From contig NW_003526943.1 in assembly GCF_000181795.1 (NCBI RefSeq), positions 2,427,666 through 2,491,665 on the forward strand: DNA of 64,000 nucleotides, given 5' to 3'. The notes beneath the pieces are model-generated. The model was not told the DNA's origin and searched no databases. It saw nothing but the letters and a program-made list of their open reading frames with translations. Positions 52,059-64,000 of the stretch are shown here, piece after piece. Both the position numbers and the translations under genes were made by a program. Source of the stretch: Trichinella spiralis. Lineage: Eukaryota. Numbering within the stretch: position 1 is the first letter of the stretch; each line of letters starts with the position of its first letter.

Positions 52059-55000
52059 TAAAAAAGATACTACTTACCGCGCATTCGGAACAAGCTGTTT
52101 TCGTTGAATATCCATGGCGAGCTTGTCACCCAAGAAAACGTACATTTCGACCAGAGTTTCCGTAGCCACGTCTCTGACTTGATTCATAGGATCTGCAAGC
52201 AATCGGCAAATCGATGGTACCAATTTACCCAATTGCAAACAAGACGGGCCGTAACTATAATAATTTGTTAACGCTAGTTGAATGCAATAAATAAAATTTC
52301 CACTGGAAAAAAATGAATGAAAATTTTTTTTGAATTTGGAGATGAATATATAATAAAGCAGTTTCTGAAAACAACAAAGTGAAATAAAATGAGAAATTCG
52401 TTAAAGTGCATAAGTTAAATTTTCATAAACTAAAACGAAACTTTCACCTCTCCATGCAACACGCACTTGAACATTTTAAAATTATCACACAAGATAACAA
52501 AAAAAATTAAATTAACAAAAAACAATTAATTAAATTTTGAAAAATCACTCAACGTTTTGTTGTAAATGAAATTAGTGCAATGATGGCAGTGCGTTGAACA
52601 AAGCCAACTTTGTTCAACAGAATTATTTTTAGCTTCATATCAGTTAAAATTGCTTTCTCTTTTCACATAAAGTTGCAAAAAATAAAATGAGCTTGAACAG
52701 TGCAAAAGCATTTAAAAACTATGCTATTATTTACAACTGGTCCTCCTTCACACAAATTACCTGCATAAACCAACCGTTGGATATTTTTTAAATAACAATT
52801 TCCGTTCACGAGTCAACTAGAAACTGACGATCGATCAAACGTAAACTTTGAAATGAGAAAGCAAGCAAATTCATTCATTCACTCATTCATTCCACTGGAA
52901 CGTCAGAGACCGAGACCACACATCATCTTATCATTGCGCTAAAGGTTGCTTAATGAACAACCAACTCTGAACTGCTTCACTTTTAAAACTCATCTCATGA
53001 TAATAAATTCATCAATTATATAAATTGTTGCTCAGAATCAGAATCCCAAGTCAGAAGAATGTTCTTAGCGCGGTTTTAGGGCAATGCACCAATGGAAAGA
53101 ATCAAATCGACTAGTTGTAAATAAGTTAAAATGATCAAAACAAACAATCTTGCTCTTTTACACACATGAACAGATAAATCTCAACAAAAATTAAAATTTT
53201 TTGAAAAATTGGATATTAACTCGCAAACTGATGATGATGTATGTATTCGTGACACTTCGATAAACTTTTCCATTGAAATGTGAACAGAGTGTGCAAAAGC
53301 TGTCCACCTCCGATTGGTCAGAGGTGTGTGTGGACACAAAGTGTAAAATATTTCAGTATTTCACAAAATTGGCATCAACTGCGGCCACTGATGAGAAGCA
53401 AACGGAACAGCTAATCTGTCTATAAGCGTGGATTTAATATCAACGCCGATATTGAAAACACAAACCGGGAAAACTAATAATTGAAAAATATTGTTTATCT
53501 TAGATTGGAATAATAATTTTGATAAAAAAAACTAACTATTCAAAAGCAACATAGAATGACAAAAAGGAAAAAAAACAGCCCAGAGGATAAATAATTCTAA
53601 AATAAGTTAACAAATAATAAATTTGTCAACAACGATAAATAAGTATTATCGCGTGCTATAACGTGAAGCATCGTAATTTCGTTCCTGTTTTGCAAATATT
53701 TAAAGTCAAATGGTGGTTGTGATAGCAATTTTCCCAAACAAGAAATATCAAATGACAAAAAGTGGGAAACGGGTGTGCATGGAGGACAGACAACACTGGC
53801 AATAGATTCATATATATATATATTCGACTGGTGCTTTTTCCATTGCGCAAGTTCGCCTGTCTGTTGTCAATCAATAAAAGACGAAATCAAGCGACCTTGG
53901 GCAGCAATTTTCGCGCCAGCGCTAATTAGACAACGTCACGATATTTGGAAAGGGAATTTTGCCAAACAAATGTGGTTTCGTTTCGTTCGATACATCCTTA
54001 AATCTTTGGAAAAATCGGTGGAAAAAAATTTGAACATTATTCATATTTAAACATCCTCTGACCGTAACGTTAAGAAACATCGCAAACCTGGTGAACAGTG
54101 GAAAGCGACTTTTCATCGATCGCTTTTCCTTCTGAAGCAATAAGCGAGCACTTTTTTCAAATTACAAACTAGCAGTTGTCAATAGAAGAAAATGACCTGA
54201 CTACGCTCATATATACTGTATCGATTGTCTCCTATCGTTTCACTGCAGTTGCCAATTCAATAAAATCAGCTTAACTCCTTCAGTGAAATAAATTTACCAC
54301 TGAAACGTGGACAATGCTAAGGAGAATCTGACGTTACCAAAAATTCAAAAATTTCCAATTCAATCTTTGGTGTGATTTCAATTCTGCATGCATGCACACA
54401 TGCAGTGCTAAATGCAATGAGAAAAGTGAAACAAACCATTCACATATCACTAGTGGAGCATCTTATTAAATTGTAAACAAGTGGGCAATTTATTTTGATG
54501 ATCAGCAAATAACACAACAACAGCAAGCAAAAGGACACAATTTGCCTTACGATCGTAAAATCTGCTGAAGTACAATCATCACTCCAATACGAACTAGCCA
54601 TTGTTTGTGCGAAAAACCTTCAACGATACGGTCCAAAACACCCTGCAAAATAAAACGACAAATTAAGCATCGATAAAAACAACAACTGTTTACATTAAGC
54701 TTACATTATTAACAAAATAAACAATCCAAAAAAGTAAGAAAAAAAAGCATTACTCAATAAACCAATAAAAACAGCATTCAGTTACGAGTAAAAGAATGTT
54801 GCAATTGAAGAAACTTGCAACTTTATCAACAATTTCCATGCACAAGCAAAACAACTTACCTGCGGTGTACAACCTGGAGTGTTCATCAACTTAAGCAACA
54901 ACCCAACAGCGTCTTGACGAACTTGCTCACGATTGTCTCCAAGTCGTTCCATTATGGTAGAAGCATTTTCAAGAACAATATGACTAACCGTTGCCCCGGA

Positions 55001-55277
55001 AACTTCAAGGGAAAGGCTGAGTATTTCCAAAGCCAGCAATGCTACCTGATAATAAAAAGAAAGTTGAACTGCAGAAGCAAAAAAGAAAACTTTAAAATGC
55101 AACCTTAAAATTCGTGCCATTCAACCATTGTACCATCACATCCATGAACAACGTCAGATTGTTCGCATCGTTGGGTACACCTTCGCGTTGAATAAGGTCC
55201 AGCAACTGTTGACCAAGTTCGACACGAGTCTTTGGATCGGTGCTGTTTTTGTTCAGCAGCTCAGAAAAGTTCCCCAT
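45341..55277 (-). CDS. CLASP1: CLIP-associating protein CLASP (TOG/HEAT microtubule plus-end regulator), more than 20 exons
   Basis: TOG1 'WLNGTNFK/VALLALE..ERLGDNREQVR', TOG2 'KDLRSQVVREVCITVA', 'IQNSAKVVSTSG', 'GLSDADPEARAFSRK', 'RSASEID', TOG3 'WIERKEGL..RLFVDPHHK', 'EPKSTEVRRTAQ', and C-terminal CLIP-binding 'DSSVRKASVLCLV...KKLLFLYIQR'. TAA at 45341-45343. Confidence 0.95.
45642..45665. repeat. (AG)n microsatellite in CLASP intron
   Basis: Perfect AG run read directly. Confidence 0.9.
49791..49817. repeat. (AG)n microsatellite in CLASP intron
   Basis: Perfect AG run read directly. Confidence 0.9.
52025..52053. repeat. (AT)n microsatellite in CLASP intron
   Basis: Perfect AT run read directly. 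Confidence 0.9.
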
Positions 55278-57419
55278 GACGCGCGGATCAGTAAATTAAT
55301 CAATTATATCCTATTTGAAGCATTGTTTAACTTATTTAAGGTGCAGAAAAGTAAAAATTTCCAATGACCACCGGCATTTACAGACAATCACAGCTACAGA
55401 CATGTTTCAGAAAATGACTACAGTACAATTGAAAATCAAGTCGTAAAAATTACAGTAAACTAAAAAGTATCAAAAAATCATGTGAAATAAGACAAAAGAC
55501 TCATCAACGACATAAAATAAAATAAAAAATAAAAAATAAATTTTATAAATATGTAAGTCTAAATAATGACAGAGCTTCCCTGCCAATGTTGCAGGCAGTT
55601 TTGTGAACAAGTATTTTATGAAACTTAATTTTATTTAATTTATTTACTTTAAATAACCACCCAATTATTACTGCTAATGAATATTACACAAATTGTTTTG
55701 CGTATTTATTTAATTAAGTATTACAAAACTGAACAAAGAATTTCGTTCCTAACAATAAACTTGTGCAAAATGCAGAAATATTTTTCGCATTTACATTGAT
55801 TATTTAAATTCCCCAACTGCATATGCATTTATGTCAGATAGGATAGCCAAGGTTGAGCTTTTGGATTATTATAAAAGAAAATGTTCTGCTCAGAATTAAG
55901 AAATTTATAAAACAGAATATAAAATGTATGGTGAGAGCAGTGATGAATTACAAATCAAAACTGCACTGTCGAAAGAACTGTTCCAAGTAAACAAATTAAT
56001 CAAATTAATTTAATTTCTTTCGTTACTTTTTATTTTTTATGAAAAAGTTATTCAGGGCGGATCACCCGTCTTTAAATACTGCAATTGATTTAAACAAGGT
56101 GCAGTGTCAACTTTGCATTAAAAGCTTACTTATTTAATAACAAGTATAAAACTAGTTTTTATGTATGTTAATAATAAAATTGGTTTCGCTCATTTTATTG
56201 ATAAAGAATTTGATTTTTTAATAAAAAATAATTTCTTGTTACTTAAAAAATGTTTTTCTACAAAACATCACAAAGACAAAAGTAATGCACACAATAAGCA
56301 CTGCTGATGTAAAATGGAACATGTGGTACTAATTAAATTCTATACAAGATTTTGATTTATTGACAGTTTCAAAATTTAAAGAATTTGGCGAAATTAGATA
56401 ATCATCGAATAATAAATGGAACATTTGAAAGAGCGTTTAAAAAATCACAAAAACTAGTTTTCAGAGCGTTAAATAAGATGGACTTTTAAAGTAATTATTA
56501 GCAGGTAAGCCACAGTGCTGGTTTTAGTAGAAATGTGAATTAAACGTAATAAAATTTTAAAATTTGAGCAACATTATGTTTTTTAATTCTTGTTAGTAAA
56601 TTAAACAATGATATTTTATTAATTAATGCATTCTGAAGAAACATTTTTCGTGCAATACATGTTGCACATTAACAGAATTTTCAGCATTATTTCCATGTTT
56701 CACCGATTGTAACAAAGATATAATAAGGTATAATTACATAAAATATGATATTATTTAACATAATATAAATTGAATACTTAGAAAATATAAATTCCTTTTC
56801 ATCTTTTTTTTATGATAACAATTATTTTTTCTACTGGTCATTTTAACCAGGTGAAAACCTTATTTTAATTGCTTAATAATGTACAATTTTCAATTTACAA
56901 TTTTAGTCCAATATTTGCAGTTTTCAGAAGAAACAGTAGGTTAAGATTCAGATTAGTTATCACGCTAAAAAACCAATATTATTGTAATAATAAAAATAAA
57001 TCAAGTAAATGGTAGTTTTTCAGAGTTTTGTAATGCATTTTTTGCATAAATTACATTAAAGTTGTTCTTCGACAAACAAAAGCAATTGAGTGTCTGCAGT
57101 ATTTTGCGGTATAGCATAAGCAATAAAAAAATTATCATAATAAATAAAGGTTGCCAGTGCTTTGATAGTTCTTTACGTTGTTCTGAGAAATGGGCTTCAA
57201 TTAAAAAATTTGTTGCAAACGTAAGAAGAATTTAATGATAGTGTCTTAAAAATCAAATAATAATCATAATAACAATTTGCAAAAAGCACAAAACATTTAT
57301 TAAAATACCACATTAATATAAACTGCATTCAGAGAGAAAAAGGCTTTCAAACACTTAATGCTTCATTACTTCTGCTTTTGTCTTCATAAAGTTCTGATCA
57401 GTGTTGGTGTAATTTTTTT

Positions 57420-59091
57420 TCAGTACGTATCGAATGCAGAGGATGTTGCAGTATTATTTTCATCACATTTTCCGTGTAACTTCCGGCCTGAGGTGGCCTT
57501 ATCCCACATCCAGTTGGGGATTACTGAGACCACCGCACCACTGTTGACCAGAAACAAAATTTTCCACTTCTCTACCTTGCTTGCGACGTAGAGCACGTTG
57601 CCGGTCTGCGAGACGATGGTCGCCACCTTTCCATTCTTTGTTGTTTGTCTTGAAGCTGACGCTGGCTTCATAACCTATTGCAGCAATAGCCGCGTTGGCC
57701 GCATCGGAAATAATCCGTTGCCCCTCGGGCAGGTCGTGTGTTAGTCGAACTTGCCCGTATCGTCTCCACGTAGTTCAACCATCGGATCAGGGCCTCCAAG
57801 GCTTGAACCAGGCTATCTCTGCAGATGTGGCAAGTATGTCGCTGCTTCGGCGTTGACAATTCACGCAGACAGGGTTCTCTGCGGATCTCTCTCGACGCTA
57901 CGCCGCAGGTGAAACGCACGACCAACTCGTTCTCTGATTTCCGGTTGCTTTCCATATCAAACACCCAACTTGTGCGAACTTTCGTATCCACTGGTTCTGT
58001 CGTTGTCGTAGGCCCTCAAAATCCATTATTAGACTGATCTGGGACTCGGCATGGCATGTCCAGAACATGGCGGTTTAGCTCCTCCCTGGCTTATTTTCTC
58101 GATCGGTTTCAGGGAGGGAAAGCTCCCGTCGGACAGCGTCATTCATGAAGAGACGGACGCTGACGGCTTGGCGCGACGACGGTATGCCGGTCACATAGAA
58201 GAAATATTCTGGTTTTTCGGTGCTGTCCATTTCTCGTCGTTGGCTGGCGGTGTGCCGTAACAGGCACTTGCGATTCCCCTCGGCGCAAATTCCCGGACAG
58301 GCTTCTATTGTAACGGATTTTCCGTAGATACTGCCGGGTACGTCTCTGCTTCAGGACTGTCCCGTCGGTCACTGCAGTCCAACGCATTATGTAGCGGACG
58401 CAAGTTGACGTGTAACCATTACTGTATATATATGTCCAGATCACAAAGAGGAAGAAGACGAATGAAGCTACCATGGATTGATTGATCCTTGAAGATCATA
58501 GAAGAATATCGGCATAACGGAGTGGGTCAGTAGCGAAGAAGGAAGATAAATAATCTTTGGGATATACGGTGGTGGATCGATGGTGGTCCTTGTGGATATT
58601 TGTAAATAAATACTGAACTTTTCATCCGTCTCTTGGATGGGAGAATGTCATCGGTAAAGCGCAAACAAAGGAAAAGGGGTAGCAGGGTCGGAAGCTGCCA
58701 GACGGACAGTATGACCGCTGACACGAACCCGCCGGTCGAAACCGGCGCGTCGTCTTCTAACGATCATTGTGGTAGCAGCCCAGCTGGTAGCACGAACGAA
58801 CCCGCCCGGGGGAGCGGCTCGTTACTCTTTGGGGCCTCCGCGCGTCGACGAAGACATTCAGGGTAATAAAGAGAAACACACACTACACAATCGTTAAAGT
58901 GTTTATTAGAACGTGCTACCAACAATCACCGTGATAGATCACACTGCCGTCTAGCGCCAACCGAACACCACGTACGAACCCTTTCTCCCCATCACCTACC
59001 GTAGCCTTTCTGATTATCATGTATCACCCTACTCTTTCTACCGATCGGTCGTCTGGTCTTCTCGTAGGTACTGCTCTCTTTCTGCCGTACA
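57420..59091 (-). mobile_element. Truncated, degenerate LTR retrotransposon (probably Ty3/Gypsy): putative LTR plus gag zinc-knuckle and aspartic protease remnants
   Basis: GC-rich island in AT-rich DNA. Minus-strand 'DYFRCGQRGYCC' is a decayed CCHC knuckle and 'ILFLVNSGAVVSVIP' is a retropepsin D-S-G motif with D replaced by N. Possible LTR 58768-59091 is bounded by TGT...ACA and carries a minus-strand AATAAA at ~58902-58907. No RT or integrase seen. Confidence 0.7.
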
Positions 59092-59605
59092 CGGCATAGA
59101 TGATGTTTAAGATTTTCTACAGTTCGGTACTGAACTCCTAGCCATCTGTTGCATAATGCATTATGTGAGATGCAAAAAATATTGAAATAAATTAAGCACT
59201 TAAGCTGAAACGAATTTAAATCATTTTCAGCATACAGATAAGATGAATATTATAAAATACAAATTGGTGACACTGAAAGTAGAATCTGTAAAATTTTTGG
59301 TTAGTTTATTTGAACTTGATTTTCAATTAAATGAGCAGTGAATTTGTAATAAATTTACAGTAATCCGAGTAATTGTTCCTAAAATTGCACAAATAATCAT
59401 AGTAAAAGTAATATAGTTAATGGAAATAAAAATTATATGTATAATGAACTTTTTAAAATTGTTTATTCAAAGAATTATTTCGCACATTAATTGTATGTTT
59501 TGTTGAGATTATTCTGTTGTGTATTATTTATTTGTTTTCAAACGAGCGACTTGCTTTTCATCTTGTAGATTGTGTTTAATATCTTCCCTTTGGCTGGAGA
59601 ACAAA

Positions 59606-59986
59606 ATGATTCACCTAAGCGACCACCAGAAGCGTTTTGTTATCGCGCTAAAAGAAGCGTTCACATTTTCACTGCAATTTTGTTACATTCCATTCATAAT
59701 TTATCTGGGTATCGTTCGTTGATTTTAGAAAGTTATTAAAATTATCACGCTTTGTTGTGATAAAATGATTTTTATGGCTGTTCTTTGAGTTTCGATTTTT
59801 CTTTTTTCATATTAACTAACACTTTGAAGTTGACAAGTGAATGTTTAGGATTTCAACACGGCGCAGAACCTGGTCATCCGCCGCTTTCGTTGGTTCAGTA
59901 AGTTCTTTTTTTCATTAATAATTTTAATGTTTAGTATGTTTGATTTTACTTTACAAGCATTTTATTTTAGGCTGTTCTGGAATTAA
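59606..59986 (+). CDS. TOMM7: Mitochondrial import receptor subunit TOM7, 3 exons, about 55 aa
   Basis: Spliced product MIHLSDHQKRFVIALKEAFTFSLQFCYIPFIIYL/GFQHGAEPGHPPLSLV/QLFWN* matches the TOM7 pattern 'GFIPLVIYLGF..GA.PG.P..S...L.W'. Confidence 0.9.
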
Positions 59987-60068
59987 AATGTGATGTTCAT
60001 GAACGATAAACAGCTCATTTAGTTGATAGTTTCTGTGAAGTAAATTCAAATTTTCAAATTGTAAAACA

Positions 60069-60692
60069 ATGTCCTTTTTCATTTGTGCTTTCATTTGTTT
60101 TTGCGTGTGCTTTTCGTTATTGTTAATTGTCCGTTACCGTCGTCATCTCCGTCACAGACGAACAAATTCAACTGTTAGCACATGCGTCGTTCTTGGTTCC
60201 GGTGGTCATACAATGGAAATTCTTCGACTTGTTCAATCGTTGGACAATTCAAAATACAATCCAATACACTTTATTATAGCAGATACTGATTCAAATAGTG
60301 TAGAAAAAGTGAAGCCTATGCTGAAAGACGATAACGTTTCATTTTCCACTATTCGCAGATGCAGAGAAGTGAAACAGTCAATTAGCAATGTATTTCTGCC
60401 GACGCTTGTGGCCACTGGTCAGTCGTTGGTACAAATATGGCGAACAAAGCCTGAATTATTGCTATGCAATGGCCCCGGAACTTGTTTGCCGGTATGCTTT
60501 GCTGCGTTTTTCGTCGATTTGCTGTTCGGACGCACTTGTCGCATTATTTACGTCGAGAGCGTATGCAGGGTAACAAGACTATCATTAACTTGTAAAATCC
60601 TCTACTATTTCTACCTTGCCGACCATGTGCTAGTGCAGTGGCCAGAATTGGCCGCTGTTTATCCAAGAACATTGTATATTGGGAGGTTTTAA
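60069..60692 (+). CDS. ALG14: UDP-N-acetylglucosamine transferase subunit ALG14, single exon, 207 aa
   Basis: N-terminal TM, 'VVLGSGGHTMEI', 'RCREVKQS', 'CNGPGTCLPV', 'IYVESVCRV..LSLT', 'VQWPEL'. Confidence 0.95.
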   Translation: MSFFICAFICFCVCFSLLLIVRYRRHLRHRRTNSTVSTCVVLGSGGHTMEILRLVQSLDNSKYNPIHFIIADTDSNSVEKVKPMLKDDNVSFSTIRRCREVKQSISNVFLPTLVATGQSLVQIWRTKPELLLCNGPGTCLPVCFAAFFVDLLFGRTCRIIYVESVCRVTRLSLTCKILYYFYLADHVLVQWPELAAVYPRTLYIGRF

Positions 60693-61356
60693 AGATTTAA
60701 ACGAAATTATTTTTTGGAAAAAAAAGTTTCCCTTTTTTCGCTTTGATTTTGATATTTTGTGTGTGGGCTGCGGTTTATTGCGTAGAATAAATTTGTGTGA
60801 ATTTTGATTTTGTGGAAAATGATAAACTGATTAAATTGATATGGGATAAAGGAACCGGAATATATGAAAACTAATACTTTTGCATACAGTTAATCAAGGT
60901 TGTTAAGCTGCTGTGACGAAAATAGATAAGCTGAAAATCATATATTTGTTTAGTAACGAATTTATGACGACGTGAAATTTTTTGCATCTTTTTCATTTAA
61001 TTCTTTTATCACATGTTTGCAGATTGGAAACGGTTTGCGTAAAATGAGACCGTAATTTTGTGTTTTTATCATAAAAGTTGACAATGGGTAATCTTCTTTT
61101 TTTATTTATCAATCAAATAACATGATTTTAATGAAAAATTTACCACTGCCTGGAGGCTTTTGGCAAATGCTTTATCTCGAATTTGTTCAAATTAAACCTT
61201 CAGCTTTTACTTAACTTATCAGTTGTTTATTGATATTATGTTTTTTGCTATTTATCCTTGTATTATGTTTTCTTATATAAAATAAAGTTTGTTTCAAATT
61301 TTGAACACTTTTGTAATTGATCTGTTGTCCTGGTTGGATAAATCAAAAAAAGAACA

Positions 61357-62843
61357 ATGAAAATTTTGTTGCTCAGCTTGTTTGTTTTCGCTTTGGCGGA
61401 AAATTATGAAGAAAATTATGAACGCTTGAAAGTCGAATTGGAACGACAACGGCAAGCCAATGGCAACACTTTCTCTTGGAAAGTAAAAATTTGTTTTGCT
61501 TCTCACATATGCGTTGTTATATATTAAGCTGAAAAAAAAATATTTTTGAAAATTAATAAATTTGAAAACATCAGCAAACCATGGAAAACATGTAAATTTT
61601 ATTATTTAGTTTGGACGAAATGCATATTTCAAAAATAAGTCAATTGGTGAAATCAAAAAGCTGTTGGGCTACAGGATGTTGCCTAAGACGGTGAAAGAGC
61701 GAAATGAAATGCCAATGCCGGAAGATTTATTAAATTTGGAAAATTTCAATTATCCGGTGGAATTCGACTCCAGAAAACATTGGCCTCAGTGTGAAAAAGT
61801 GATCAGCTTCATAAAAGATCAAGCAAACTGTGGAAGCTGTTGGGTATTGTGTGCATTGTTTTGTGTTTTCATTTTTATGCTAATTATGTATGCATATTAT
61901 GTATTTTACTGATTAGCTGACTTCAATTTTAAGGCCGTATCCAGCGCGTCCGTCATGTCCGACCGGACGTGCATTGCTACTGATGGTCAATTTACGACAT
62001 TGCTTTCCGATGCCGAACTTCTTTCCTGTTGTACATCATGCGGTTATGGGTAACTGGGCAAACGTTTTTTTGTTTTCAAAATTGTCAAATTGTATTTATT
62101 TTTATTTTAATTTTTTTAGTTGTAACGGTGGATATCCTCAGAGAACTTTCAAATATTGGGTGTACAGCGGTATGCCAACTGGTGGACCGTACGGCTCGAA
62201 TGACACCTGCAAACCATACCCAATTCCACCCTGCAGTAACTGCTCTGAAACAAGGACTCCAAAATGTTCCAAAAGTTGCATCTCCACTTATCCACTTTCT
62301 TTGAATGAAGATCGACATTATGGTAAATTATTTCAGGCCTGTTTTTTTCTTGAAAAAATACAGAAATATGATAATTTCAGGAAGCACATATTATCAATTT
62401 TGGCTTGGTGAAAAATCAATGATGAAAGATATTTCACTATACGGACCCATTGTTGCAGGAATGTCAGTTTATGAAGACTTTTTGCATTACAAAGAAGGTA
62501 AAATTAATTGCAATTCAGAATTTTTATTTTTGTTTTAAATAATGCAAATTTATCTTCACAAAGGTGTTTATACACAAGAGAGTGGAATTTTTCTGGGAGG
62601 CCACGCCGTAAGAATTATTGGATGGGGTGAACAAGACAACATTCCGTATTGGCTTGTAGCCAACTCATGGAATACTACATTTGGTGAAGACGGTAAAAAT
62701 GATTATTTTATTTTATTTTATTGTTTATATGCAATTTAAAAGATGAAAAAACATCTTTTTTTCCAGGATTATTCAAAATAAGAAGAGGCTTTGACGAATG
62801 TGGCATTGAGTCGTATGTGAGTGCTGGACGTGCAAAAGTATAA
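61357..62843 (+). CDS. Cathepsin B-like cysteine protease (prepro), about 7 exons
   Basis: Signal peptide [14 protein letters not shown], '[13 protein letters not shown]', '[14 protein letters not shown]' (catalytic Cys), 'CNGGYP', '[11 protein letters not shown]' (His), 'YWLVANSWN' (Asn), 'FKIRRG..ECGIE'. Stop at 62841-62843, or possibly one further exon near 63034. Confidence 0.93.
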
Positions 62844-64000
62844 TTTTAACTTGCGATATTTATTGGCATATAATTTTGCTTTTGTTTATATGAAAAAAGT
62901 TGCTGAATGAAATTTATTTCTAATTTCAAATAATTGAATGCTATTTTATTTCATTTACGTTTACTGATGCCAGTTTGGTAGTTTGAAGTTTAATTCATTG
63001 CAGGTGTTTTAGTGAAAATAAAAAATTTTTTAGTGTAAGCAGAACATCAGTAATAACTTTAACAGTTTTAAATATAAAATATCCATTGAAAATTAACCTA
63101 TAAAGTTGTTTAAAAATTGAATTTAATTTTCATTTAAATAGCACGTAAATATTTAATTACAATATGATATTTATTCAAAACAAAAGCAAAAAACCGTGAA
63201 ATGCAAATAAATATATATTGAGCAATTTTAAGTAATGAAAAAGTCTCGTGTTCAATGAAAAATGTTTTTAATTTATAAAACTCAAAATATTTTTTGAAAA
63301 ATAGATAATTTTTGCTAATTTATTTATTAAATGATATTTAAATTTCAAAACTAACATCAATTGCAATCAAATGATTTCATATTACTGAAAAATATTGCAA
63401 CAAACAATCAATATATGTTAAAAAATTAATATATTAATGTACATTACAACTGGTGAATATTTAAAAAGTAACTTCAGCAGCAGATATATATTAGAATTAA
63501 AAAAATTTTGAATTGAAATCAAAGCAACAAAATTATTTATTTGAAAGCCAAAGAAATTTGATGAAATGTTGAAGAAATGGACCGTACAGTATTTTATTGA
63601 CGCGAACAATTTAATACCCTAATCAGTTCTCATGTTTCAGCCATGTGTATGGTGTTCCAAATGCTTCTTTATCTTGCCAGGAAATATTCTTTTGAGTAAA
63701 TTTCAACGCCCACTTACACTGTCACCAATTATTTCCTGCATGTTCTGCAAACAGTGTAAATAACCACGCCAAATTCAACGAAAATCAATCACTTGTCACG
63801 CATAGGAAAATTATTTAAAATGAATTAAGCTACATTCGCCTTTTCATTCTCGATAGTATTCATTTATTGGTATAGTGAACAGTTCACTAGCAGAAAGAAT
63901 TACTCAATTTTATCTTTTTTCATCAGAATAATTGTTTAAATCAAATATCATGTAAGTAAATCTTCATAGTTTTAATTTTACATAAAATTATAATTTATTA

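Noticed and set aside
20680..55277. Co-location of two spindle genes (kinesin-14 and CLASP), and of mitochondrial genes DELE1-like and TOM7, as a functional cluster
   Set aside because: They are tens of kb apart with unrelated genes between them, which is consistent with ordinary gene order.
63626..63721. Minus-strand stretch reading CKWALKFTQKNISWQDKEAFGTPYTWLKHEN*
   Set aside because: It could be a terminal exon of a gene beyond the window edge, but there is no recognisable homology, so it cannot be supported.
1..64000. CRISPR arrays, rRNA, tRNA, spliced-leader RNA genes and prokaryotic-type systems
   Set aside because: None seen by eye. The sequence is eukaryotic and its repeats are simple microsatellites. 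tRNAscan-SE or Infernal would be needed to exclude small RNAs formally.

Overview
Eukaryotic, AT-rich, gene-dense genomic DNA with many short (~45-110 nt) GT-AG introns and frequent TTTCAG/TTTTAG acceptors. It is most consistent with a nematode, and a clade I parasite such as Trichinella is my inference, not verified. Twelve protein-coding genes are recognisable. In order: intronless PLAA/Doa1 (-), a DELE1-like Sel1-repeat protein (+), BTAF1/Mot1 (-), LUC7L/LUC7L2-type U1 snRNP factor (+), kinesin-14 (+), an FGFR/EGL-15 receptor kinase (+), a secreted trypsin-fold protein lacking the catalytic triad (+), Ku70 (-), CLASP (-), TOM7 (+), intronless ALG14 (+) and a cathepsin B-like protease (+). 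There are two decayed mobile elements, a Tigger/pogo transposase relic and an LTR-retroelement gag/protease relic. I found no clearly novel multi-gene system. The best leads are the DELE1-like gene in a nematode, an unannotated H/ACA snoRNA-like structure at ~24.44-24.57 kb, poison-exon architecture in the LUC7 intron, unusual FGFR architecture, and a probable TOM7-ALG14 operon. Exon boundaries were read by eye and no database searches were run.
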